Source: a virus (Duplodnaviria > Heunggongvirae > Uroviricota > Caudoviricetes). Taken from it: 64,000 nt of DNA. Made by a program: the position numbers and the translations under genes. How positions within the stretch are numbered: the first letter of the stretch is position 1; the number at the start of each line of letters is the position of its first letter. Below are positions 39,185 through 47,854 of the stretch, piece after piece. The notes beneath the pieces are model-generated. The model saw only the letters and a program-made list of their open reading frames with translations. It had not been told where the DNA came from and searched no databases. The DNA lies in the IMG/VR virus record IMGVR_UViG_2903405734_000002, positions 128,001 to 192,000 of that record; one strand, given 5' to 3'.

Positions 39185-40192
39185 TTATTCTGCTTTGGTA
39201 TTCATGACCATTTCAGCGTACTTCTGCATTCCGCGAGCATTAGCATATCCTGGCTCAAAGCCAATGTGCTGATTCCTAAACCATCCCTGCAACAGACCTT
39301 CCACTTCGGCCACAGTCCCGCCAACAAAGACAACCTGATCGAGGTCAGCTCCGCTGCCAATGCATCGCTTGCATTCGGACTCAATCCTTGAAAGGATTGT
39401 TTTCTGTGCTGAGAGAACCAGATCTGCTATCGGCTCCCATTTTCCCCACAGCTTGATTTTCTTTTCAGAAAGAGCTGTATTCAGCTGTTCGATTGTCGGA
39501 GTAACATCAAACTTGCCAATAATAGCTTCCTTAACCATCTCCTGAACGGAAAGCATACCAACATTAATAGTGCTCGACCTTGAAATATCTAGATTGCCGT
39601 TTTGAATTACGGCAACATCAGTGGTTCTTCCACCAATGTCGATAATTGCCATGGCTTTTGCTGCTTGTTCCTTGTTGACAACAATCTTGCCATCTTTGTT
39701 TCTATAAAGAACAACATCCATCCAAGCTGCGATACCCTCTGAAATGACCTCGTGCTTAAATACTCTTGGTGAAGGGGTTCCATCCAAGGCGACCACATCA
39801 TTTTTCAAAAGGTTTTGAGTCTTTTGTTTGATTAGTGATTTGTTAATGCTGCCTGCAATATAGAACCTCTTTATTGGAAGACCAGTACAGACAAAAAGCT
39901 GAGAATCATGATCTACCCCTGCCAGCCTGAGCGCATGAGCAACAATAACTCTGTTCAATGCAGACATTGGGTAATCATCAAATGCTGTTGAGTCAGCCTC
40001 AGTGATGTCGCCGATAATGTAGTTTCCATCATTTGTTTTGTACGGAAAAACTGTATGACCAGAGCCATTGATCGAAATCTGACTCATTTCTCCAGCCTTG
40101 GCCTGGGATGGGATTCGAATGCATGCTCCATTACTAAGAACAACTTTTGTCTCAGCAAAGCCATCATCAACACCTACAAATAGTTTTTTCAT
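39185..40192 (-). CDS. parM: ParM/StbA-family plasmid segregation actin
   Basis: VGVDDGFAETK, TGLPI, ISEGIAA, IIDIGGRTTD, FVGGT, ANARG. Confidence 0.9.
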   Translation of the reverse strand: MKKLFVGVDDGFAETKVVLSNGACIRIPSQAKAGEMSQISINGSGHTVFPYKTNDGNYIIGDITEADSTAFDDYPMSALNRVIVAHALRLAGVDHDSQLFVCTGLPIKRFYIAGSINKSLIKQKTQNLLKNDVVALDGTPSPRVFKHEVISEGIAAWMDVVLYRNKDGKIVVNKEQAAKAMAIIDIGGRTTDVAVIQNGNLDISRSSTINVGMLSVQEMVKEAIIGKFDVTPTIEQLNTALSEKKIKLWGKWEPIADLVLSAQKTILSRIESECKRCIGSGADLDQVVFVGGTVAEVEGLLQGWFRNQHIGFEPGYANARGMQKYAEMVMNTKAE

Positions 40193-40241
40193 TATTATTC
40201 TCTTTTTATTTTTATTTTAAATAAGCGGATTCAAAGAAAGC

Positions 40242-40688
40242 TCAATTAAGCTGAGCTTTTTCCATTTGATTTGCCAAATGATGAATTGAATTCAATATAA
40301 TTGATGAGAAATATCCCTGCTGCTGTCTTGCGATGTCATTAATTTCGCTGTATTTTCCATCAATAATGCAGAAGCCTGGAATTCCTCCAAGGTATTCATC
40401 AATCGGCGCAATTTCTGATGCATGAATATTATTCTTTTTTAGCTCTAAAGCAAGATTGACAAGCCCTTCAAGGCTCAAAGAATTGTAAATCATACGAAGC
40501 GTGATGCCAGGCCCATTTGATTTCCTTAATGCTGCAAGCGCATCAACAACGACATCAAGAAGCTTAATGGCCCTTTTACTCCAGCAAAACTCACAAGAAT
40601 TACCAAGAATTATTTCTTTTAAGGAGTTTCTTGCCATCTCATGATTGCCATCAAAATCAAAGTCCATCCCAATTAAATTGCTTTTCAT
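40242..40688 (-). CDS. Stand-alone homolog of the DotL all-alpha domain
   Basis: Aligns by eye with DotL segment W.GRA…LR…I…L.L…V.LA…I..S.IAPI..YL..PG…A..Q..Y. Confidence 0.75.
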   Translation of the reverse strand: MKSNLIGMDFDFDGNHEMARNSLKEIILGNSCEFCWSKRAIKLLDVVVDALAALRKSNGPGITLRMIYNSLSLEGLVNLALELKKNNIHASEIAPIDEYLGGIPGFCIIDGKYSEINDIARQQQGYFSSIILNSIHHLANQMEKAQLN

Positions 40689-40793
40689 TATTATTATTCT
40701 CTTATAATTCGGCCAATTAATGATCGGCTCACTTTATTTTTACTTGTGCAATGAATAATATTCCACAAAAAAACAAAAATCAATGAAAAAATG

Positions 40794-41603
40794 TCATGCT
40801 GCTACCTTCTCTTTTTTATTTTGCCTTTTAAATAAAAGTGAGCTTAGTGAAAAGCCGAGTTCAAGTTCTGTGTTTGGCACCAAAACATCTGAAAACCCTT
40901 CAATAATTCCATTGAGAGAGGTTCGAATGTTCTCCCCTCTTTTACCATCTATTTTGTATGAGTTATCAGTTAACTCATGAATGTTTTTATATGGCTTTAT
41001 CAACTCAATTGCTGTCTTTTCTCCAATTCCTTTAACTCCGTCAAAACCAATTGACTTGTCACCAGACAGAAGATGCACAGCATGCATTTGTTCTGGGGTT
41101 AAGCCAATATTTCTGGCGATAGACGCAATGGTTTTTTCCACATCGGATGGATTTCTTGAGAAGTTATTCCTAAGTGTAACTCCATCCCTTAAGATTGGAA
41201 TGTATCTTTTGTTTCCGCTCAAGATGTATATTTTTGCACTGACTGATCCTTCCATCTTTTTGCAGATTGTGCCGATTATGTCTTTGCCTTCTATGCCAGG
41301 TCTTGAGGCAAAAAAAATTCCTGCCTCACTTAAAAGCTCTTGGTATATAGAGATTCCCTTTTTAAACTCAATTGGCATGTCATATCCAGATTGACAATAG
41401 CAAGGATTCTTTTCTCTTCTCCATGAGGATTGATAGTCATCAATTGCAACAAGGACATAATCAGGCTGGATTTCCCTTATTGATTTCTTTACAGAATTTA
41501 CACATGTCTTGAAAAAATCAAGAACATTCGGGTTTTCTGCTTGTCCAGATGCCGAATAAATAACACCAAACAAATGGGATGAATCAACAAGAACAATCCT
41601 CAT
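40794..41603 (-). CDS. 5'-3' exonuclease / flap endonuclease (Xni, PolI 5' domain-like)
   Basis: LVDSS, AIDD…SWRR, EGKDIIGT, LSGDKS…GVKGIGEKTA (H3TH); several acidic residues appear substituted. Confidence 0.8.
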   Translation of the reverse strand: MRIVLVDSSHLFGVIYSASGQAENPNVLDFFKTCVNSVKKSIREIQPDYVLVAIDDYQSSWRREKNPCYCQSGYDMPIEFKKGISIYQELLSEAGIFFASRPGIEGKDIIGTICKKMEGSVSAKIYILSGNKRYIPILRDGVTLRNNFSRNPSDVEKTIASIARNIGLTPEQMHAVHLLSGDKSIGFDGVKGIGEKTAIELIKPYKNIHELTDNSYKIDGKRGENIRTSLNGIIEGFSDVLVPNTELELGFSLSSLLFKRQNKKEKVAA

Positions 41604-41604
41604 T

Positions 41605-42438
41605 TTAATCCTCCATTAAATCATCAAATGTAGGTGTTTTTACCATCTGATAAAGATCATTGATCATATTAATTGTCTGTTGTGAGCACGACATTTCATC
41701 AAACAACTTTTTCATTTCACCAGTAATCAGCTCGTGGCTTTTCCCATCTGCCGCTCGCTCTGTTTCTTCCTTGAGCATTCTTGCAAACACACTTTCATTT
41801 GATTCGCTTGAATGAGCAGACTTAATGCTAAACGCTTCTGGGTTTGAGCTGATATAGTGCCTCACAAATCCATGACTCGGATTCCATTCAACAACAGAAA
41901 TGCGCTCATCCTTCTCATGAAATTTAATTCTGGAAAGAGGAGTAACAGAGATGGCCCCATCCATTGCAGCCTCATCTGTAGACTCCTTAAAGCCCGCACT
42001 TTTTACCTCTGCAATAGCGATATCAGTGTGATTAAAAATTTCAATTGAATTTCGGAATTTATTGAGAGAAATCAAAAATCGCTCATCCGAAACAAATAAA
42101 GGAAAGCTCTCTTTTGAAGATGAGATATAATCAGAAACCCGACTCGAAACAAGAAGCCCAGCAACAGTACCCTGAATATTTTTCTGATCAATTTTAATTA
42201 CGGATGACGCATCAATTAAGCCATTAACCAAATAATCAAAAACATCGACATCAAAGACTCCGGTAGAAATATTGCCAATAAAGAAAGGCATTAATCCCTT
42301 TTCTTTGGCAATATTAATTACCGAATCAACCTTGATTTTCATCTCGGATAAAAAGCTACCGCCAATCCTGTCTGGAGGATTTGATGATGACATATTTAGA
42401 TCGCCAACAAACAAAATACCATTAATTTTATTGTGCAT
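41605..42438 (-). CDS. SbcD/Mre11-like metallophosphoesterase (degenerate)
   Basis: N-terminal LFVGDLNM..S..P..R, position next to SbcC-like gene; later His motifs not recognisable. Confidence 0.55.
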   Translation of the reverse strand: MHNKINGILFVGDLNMSSSNPPDRIGGSFLSEMKIKVDSVINIAKEKGLMPFFIGNISTGVFDVDVFDYLVNGLIDASSVIKIDQKNIQGTVAGLLVSSRVSDYISSSKESFPLFVSDERFLISLNKFRNSIEIFNHTDIAIAEVKSAGFKESTDEAAMDGAISVTPLSRIKFHEKDERISVVEWNPSHGFVRHYISSNPEAFSIKSAHSSESNESVFARMLKEETERAADGKSHELITGEMKKLFDEMSCSQQTINMINDLYQMVKTPTFDDLMED

Positions 42439-42439
42439 T

Positions 42440-44419
42440 TTAAGCTACCCCAACCCTTGGCATCATTTGTTCGCAAAGAGGACATTTGCCACCAATCAAA
42501 TCAATGACTTTTGATTTTTCATGAATGCACTCTTTATGCTCTGATTCTTTTTCGATAATTTTTTCAAAAAGCGATGCGGTCAACTTACTCGCAGCATCGA
42601 TATTCTTACCTGCAATTGCAATATTGTTCGGGGATTTGTATTCCGGCTGAATAATTCCAGATATGTCTGGTATTTTCATGATCTCAATTCTCTTTGAGAG
42701 ACGCCCTATTTTATCAGCCAAAACAATACAGTTATCAACATTTTTTACTGTTGGGGCGGAAGGAATACATACATCGTTAATAGCCATCATCCGCCCACAC
42801 ATTTCACTCATCTTGTGCATGCTACCAGCCACCTTAATGAGTTTTTCTGGTGATGTGTATGCAGGAGCCGCAGGCAGTTGTAGCCCGCTAATTGGTGATA
42901 GAGCGTTAAGCTTATTATCTAACTTAAGCATTCCATCGGCAATTTTACTTATCTTTTGAGCATCCCAATTAATCTCGCCAACAGAAGGAATTGATACCCC
43001 ATTAATCTTGGATAAGGCATTGAGTCGATCCTGGTGGCAAGCCATTTTTGCTCCAATATCCTTGATGACATCCATCTTCTTGTAATTTACCTCAATCTTA
43101 GTAAGAAGATCTTCAAGTCCACCAATTTTATCACCGACAAATTCAATTCCTTTCGCAACCTCAATTTTTTTATGAACCAATTCAAGCCGTTTCTTAGATT
43201 CGTTCAATGTTTTGGTTGCTTTATCCAGCATTTCAGCATATGCCCTGAGCATTTTTTGGACATCAGCAGACTCACGCCCAAGAGAAAGCAGATCCGCCCT
43301 TTTGAAGGAGGATATTTTTTTATCAAGAATAAAGCTTGAGTTATGTGAATCACTGATATGGATGTCAAAGTCATGCTTCTTTTCCATGCCAAGATAATCA
43401 TGCAGCCAGGCAGGTACATATTGACCGTCATAGCTTTCATTGCAGATAGCGCCACTGCCATCAATTAGAGTGTATTTGGTTTTACGCGAGCCTTTGCGGC
43501 TGTATTCCCAGCGCAGCACCATATTGCCCTCAATGCCCATCTCAACGAGGAGAGCTGCCTCCCCATCCCTGATTAGTCCTTCACGGCCCTCGTTTTGAGC
43601 AACAGCCTCAATAGCCTGAGCAAGAGTGCTTTTACCTACATCGATATCTGCTGTGATGACATTGACGCCAGGAGATAGCTCAATGAAGGTATTTTCATGC
43701 TGCTTTGTGTTAACTAGCCTAATGTATCGAATGTATGAATCCGAAGCCTTGGAATCGTAACCAGAGCTCATGGACGGCTCAGAAACCACTCCTGACACAA
43801 CCCTGCCATTGATTCGCTCAAAGCTAATAATGCGAGCATGACCTTCAAAGCAACTGGCTGGGTGGTGGCTGATATAGATCACCTGCATACCAATCTGCCT
43901 GGACAACTGTGCCATAATTCTTGCAAATGCAGGGATGTATTCCTGACGCAAGTTGTTATCTGCCTCATCCATAACAATTAATCGCCTATTTGAAGTGCGA
44001 CTAACAGAGATGAAGCGTAGCCCCATAGCCAGAATGTTCTCAACGCTTCGTCCCTTGTCCTGATAGGCATTACGAACAAAGCCAGAGCTGGTTCTTACTC
44101 CAACATCAAGAGACACTTTGTTTTTTTTGATTTCTGTTTCAAGAACAACACTGTCATTCTCGGGATCATCTGGCTTTACCTCATGAAGAAGCGTAGTCAA
44201 AAGATTTTCGTAAACAGATTTTGTCCTTGCCTGGGTGCGGTCATTTAGTCCATCAAGAACCGCCATGACATTTTGCTTGTTATCAATAATATTTTGTGAA
44301 TTTTTGATTTTTTCAACAAGCGATTCCTGCTCACTGAGCAGCGATTGCAGAGAGCTCTTAATGGCATAGATAGCACCATTGCACTCCAACACAGATGCAC
44401 GACAAGCAGAAATATTCAT
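42440..44419 (-). CDS. SbcC/Rad50-like ABC ATPase, circularly permuted
   Basis: Walker B LIVMDE (aa ~147-152) and ISHH precede IRLVN…GVNVITADIDVGKST (aa ~233-265); C-terminal CPLC hook. Confidence 0.8.
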   Translation of the reverse strand: MNISACRASVLECNGAIYAIKSSLQSLLSEQESLVEKIKNSQNIIDNKQNVMAVLDGLNDRTQARTKSVYENLLTTLLHEVKPDDPENDSVVLETEIKKNKVSLDVGVRTSSGFVRNAYQDKGRSVENILAMGLRFISVSRTSNRRLIVMDEADNNLRQEYIPAFARIMAQLSRQIGMQVIYISHHPASCFEGHARIISFERINGRVVSGVVSEPSMSSGYDSKASDSYIRYIRLVNTKQHENTFIELSPGVNVITADIDVGKSTLAQAIEAVAQNEGREGLIRDGEAALLVEMGIEGNMVLRWEYSRKGSRKTKYTLIDGSGAICNESYDGQYVPAWLHDYLGMEKKHDFDIHISDSHNSSFILDKKISSFKRADLLSLGRESADVQKMLRAYAEMLDKATKTLNESKKRLELVHKKIEVAKGIEFVGDKIGGLEDLLTKIEVNYKKMDVIKDIGAKMACHQDRLNALSKINGVSIPSVGEINWDAQKISKIADGMLKLDNKLNALSPISGLQLPAAPAYTSPEKLIKVAGSMHKMSEMCGRMMAINDVCIPSAPTVKNVDNCIVLADKIGRLSKRIEIMKIPDISGIIQPEYKSPNNIAIAGKNIDAASKLTASLFEKIIEKESEHKECIHEKSKVIDLIGGKCPLCEQMMPRVGVA

Positions 44420-44421
44420 GT

Positions 44422-44802
44422 TTATACCGCCTTATCCAGATCAGCCAAAGATTGCTTGATCTGCTCAACAACAGATGAAGCATGCAGAATGCCCTTTTCA
44501 TACTCAATAATGCTGGCTGAATTCTGCTCCATCAAAGTCCTGTACATTTTTCTCAGCTCTTCGATGTTATCAGTGCCGAACTCTTGTCTGGCCTCACCCT
44601 TAAGCTGCTCAAGAGAGCTCAGAGCAACTGACTGCTCAGCCTTCATCTTCATGATGATCTCACTAAGAGCTCGCTCTTTCTGGTGAAGTTCTTGCAGCTT
44701 GGCAACAGCCTCTTTGTCCGTAAGAGTGGTTTTTTCAATGCTCATGATGCGCCTCCGGCGATAAAATGATGTTAATTTTTCACTAATTATTATAGCTGAC
44801 AT
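44422..44802 (-). CDS. Small coiled-coil protein (start probably MSIEK about 44745)
   Basis: Heptad helices; first gene of the sbcC/sbcD/exonuclease run. Confidence 0.7.
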   Translation of the reverse strand: MSAIIISEKLTSFYRRRRIMSIEKTTLTDKEAVAKLQELHQKERALSEIIMKMKAEQSVALSSLEQLKGEARQEFGTDNIEELRKMYRTLMEQNSASIIEYEKGILHASSVVEQIKQSLADLDKAV

Positions 44803-44861
44803 TTAATATTAGTCAATATAAAAGCCAGCATAGCTGGCCTTTTATATTCAATTAAATAAAT

Positions 44862-47192
44862 CTATGCGTAGCTTGCGGTTCTTTCGTTCGATGTTTCTTT
44901 TCCTTTAAATATGTATCTTTTTACACCAAGTCGTTCCTCGATCTCCTCAATGAATGGAGAAACCTTTGTTTCAACTGGCTGACCAAACACAAAGATGTTT
45001 GTAGCAAAAGTCATTGTTAGCTTCTTTTTTGCCCTTGTCATGCCAACATAGTTTAGTCGTCTAGATTCTTCAATTTCGTCATATGTGGGATCTGTCCCGA
45101 GCATTGTCGCTTCGTTCATTCCCACCATGTAGACGTTATCAAACTCAAGCCCTTTGCTGCCATGAATAGTCATTAGAAGAACTTTTGCATCGAGGTTCTT
45201 GTCCATGTCTGGGTTGTTTTCAACCATCATGGTAAGGTCTTCGATGATTTCGTCTATGAGCATCCCCTTCTCAAGGCTTTTGCCCATTCGTTCAATAACA
45301 TATTCGGCATTATCAATCCGTGTATCGAGCTCTCCTTCATCGTCAGAGCGATTGGCAACCTTGACAATACCTGGCCTTAGGTAAATGTCCCATATTTTGG
45401 CTATGACCTCTTTGATGAATGCAGGATCATCACCATAAGAGATGGCCTCTCTGAGCATTTTGCCCAACTCCATAAATGGGCCTATTTTTTTTGCAGCAGC
45501 GGTAAGATCAGTGACTTCATCTTTCTTTTTTTGCTTAAGTCGTTTTACCGATTGCTCCTTCAAGAAGTCATGAACGCTCTGGCCCTCAGATGCAGCCTTT
45601 TTGGCTGCGTTAAGGGAAATCCCTACGCTTGTTGCCCCCAAGAATCGATAGCCCGACATTGTATCCCAGGGATGAAAAACAAACCTGATCATGCCAACAA
45701 TGTCTTTGACCTCCTTTTTCTGGAAGAAAGAAGCGTCACCAATAACTCTGTATGGAATATTGAGATCAACCAGCTTTCGCTCAACAAGGGTTTTGGCGTT
45801 TCTGTTTCTATAAAGAACAGCAACCTCTTTTCCTGGGATCTTAAGCATAAGATCGCGCTTAATGGCCTTTGCAACCATGTCAGCCTCATCATGGGCAGAT
45901 TTGAACTCGGCCATGACAACCCTGTTGCTCTTCTTTGCCTCCCTCTCAGCATCCGACTCGTCAAATTGCCTCATTGCAAGCAATTGACCATCTGAAAGCC
46001 GCTGCTCCATCGCATCAGCACAAGCGTTTGAGAAGCGAATAATCTCTGGATATGAACGATAGTTTTGGTTCATGTTGATTGTTTTTGCTTCTGGGAATCG
46101 AGTTCTGAATGACAAAATGATTTTTATGTCCGCTTCCCTGAAACCGTAAATGCTTTGCTTTTCATCACCAACAACACAAATATTCCTGTTTTTTCTGCTG
46201 ATTGAGTCCATTATATTCATCTGAACCCTGTTGGTATCCTGGTATTCATCAAGCATGATGTACTTGAAGCGGTCACCAAGCTCATCTGCAATATGCGGCT
46301 CTGAACGAAGCATTTTGTCAGCAAAAAGAAGAATATCGTCAAAATCGATACCGTTCACTTCACGACACAAGCGGTTGTAGATCTGCCATACGTTGGCAGT
46401 TACTTTTCTTAGCTCTTCATCGGCACTACCTCTTGCCGTCAGAGCCCTGTAATCATTCACATCATTACCAGATGCACGAGCCTTGCTCATTTCCTTCTCA
46501 AAGTCGTCAGGCTTCCAGTCGTTCTCATCGACCTGTGCCAGATCGGTTTCTGGCAGCATGGAGATGGCATCCTTAAGCAGCTTTTCTGCCTCATCTGGAT
46601 CTATGTTTGCACATTCATCCATCCTGACGCCGATTGATTTTAGATATCGAGACTCAGGGTATTTTTTGAGAATATGCCTGAATATTGTGCTATGAAAGGT
46701 TCCTGCTGTTATGTATTGCGCATTCTCGCCTACCATCTCCTCAATTCGATTTCGAATCTCTTCTGCTGCCTTATTTGTAAAGGTTACCAGCATGATGTTG
46801 GCAGGATGAATACCCATTACCAGCATTGATGCAACCCTGTGAGTAAGGGTTTTTGTCTTTCCTGCTCCTGCGCCAGCGATGGCAATAACAGGCCCATGGA
46901 TGGTTTCCGCTGCATCTCTCTGTGCTGGGTTGAGGTCTTTGTTGAGATCTTTGAGGATGAGCTGAATCTCCTCTGCTGTTCTCGATAACTGCATTGGAGC
47001 AGCAACAGCATCTTCCACAGGCTGAGTTTGTGTAGGAGCAGAACCATCCCCGTCATCATCAAACATATACCGGAAATCACCAAGAGATGACGGATCTAGC
47101 TCATCAAAACGACCATCATCTTCCTGGCCGTAGTCTTCATATTGCTCATCAACAGACATATCCCAAAACCTATAGTGCTCACATACCCCCAT
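44862..47192 (-). CDS. UvrD/PcrA-family SF1 helicase with acidic N-terminal tail
   Basis: LNPAQ, AGAGAGKTKTL, TFTNKAA, TFHS, DEYQDTN, VGDEKQSIYGFR, NYRS, TIHGSKGLEF, YVGMTRAK. Confidence 0.95.
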   Translation of the reverse strand: MGVCEHYRFWDMSVDEQYEDYGQEDDGRFDELDPSSLGDFRYMFDDDGDGSAPTQTQPVEDAVAAPMQLSRTAEEIQLILKDLNKDLNPAQRDAAETIHGPVIAIAGAGAGKTKTLTHRVASMLVMGIHPANIMLVTFTNKAAEEIRNRIEEMVGENAQYITAGTFHSTIFRHILKKYPESRYLKSIGVRMDECANIDPDEAEKLLKDAISMLPETDLAQVDENDWKPDDFEKEMSKARASGNDVNDYRALTARGSADEELRKVTANVWQIYNRLCREVNGIDFDDILLFADKMLRSEPHIADELGDRFKYIMLDEYQDTNRVQMNIMDSISRKNRNICVVGDEKQSIYGFREADIKIILSFRTRFPEAKTINMNQNYRSYPEIIRFSNACADAMEQRLSDGQLLAMRQFDESDAEREAKKSNRVVMAEFKSAHDEADMVAKAIKRDLMLKIPGKEVAVLYRNRNAKTLVERKLVDLNIPYRVIGDASFFQKKEVKDIVGMIRFVFHPWDTMSGYRFLGATSVGISLNAAKKAASEGQSVHDFLKEQSVKRLKQKKKDEVTDLTAAAKKIGPFMELGKMLREAISYGDDPAFIKEVIAKIWDIYLRPGIVKVANRSDDEGELDTRIDNAEYVIERMGKSLEKGMLIDEIIEDLTMMVENNPDMDKNLDAKVLLMTIHGSKGLEFDNVYMVGMNEATMLGTDPTYDEIEESRRLNYVGMTRAKKKLTMTFATNIFVFGQPVETKVSPFIEEIEERLGVKRYIFKGKETSNERTASYA

Positions 47193-47389
47193 TTTACACC
47201 AAAAAAACCACCCTAAAAAGATATTTTACTTATAAATAAAGACAAGATTCCCTCCAAAAAACACAAATGAATAAAACCACACAAAAAACACATAAAGAAT
47301 CACCTTTTGATTACTTTTCTATTTAATATTTGATTTTTTCTGTTTTTGTGGTACTATCAGATAAATTTTAACAATAAAAATAATAACCT

Positions 47390-47824
47390 ATGATTGATTT
47401 GCCACCAAATGCCCTAATTGAGAGGGCGGTTGAACCAGAAATGTTGAGCAAATGCATAGATTTTGCCTCCAAGCGGTTCGATGTTAATAAAATTGTTATA
47501 AGGGCGATTGTTAATGTTGAGGGAGGTAAGATTGGCACCATTTCGAAGAATTCAAACGGAAGCTACGATCTTGGTGTTATGCAAATAAACACCATACATC
47601 TCAAGGACATTAGAAAAAAATACCCAAGAGTTGGATGGCGGGAACTTGCATTTAATCCTTGTATAAATATAGCAGTAGGAACATCGATACTTAGTGAAAG
47701 AATATCGGAGTCACCCAACTACTGGCTTGGGGTTGGCAGTTATCACTCAAAAACGCCAAAGTATCGAAACAGATATCTCGGCAAGGTGAAAAAGGCTGTC
47801 GCAACATTAATCGCCGGAAGGTAA
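47390..47824 (+). CDS. Lytic transglycosylase (SLT; PilT/IagB-like)
   Basis: AIVNVEGG, N.NGSYDLGVMQIN, PCINI.VG, G.YHS.TP. Confidence 0.9.
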   Translation: MIDLPPNALIERAVEPEMLSKCIDFASKRFDVNKIVIRAIVNVEGGKIGTISKNSNGSYDLGVMQINTIHLKDIRKKYPRVGWRELAFNPCINIAVGTSILSERISESPNYWLGVGSYHSKTPKYRNRYLGKVKKAVATLIAGR

Positions 47825-47854
47825 AGAAGGGGTCGATGAGCCTCCAGGTGTGAG

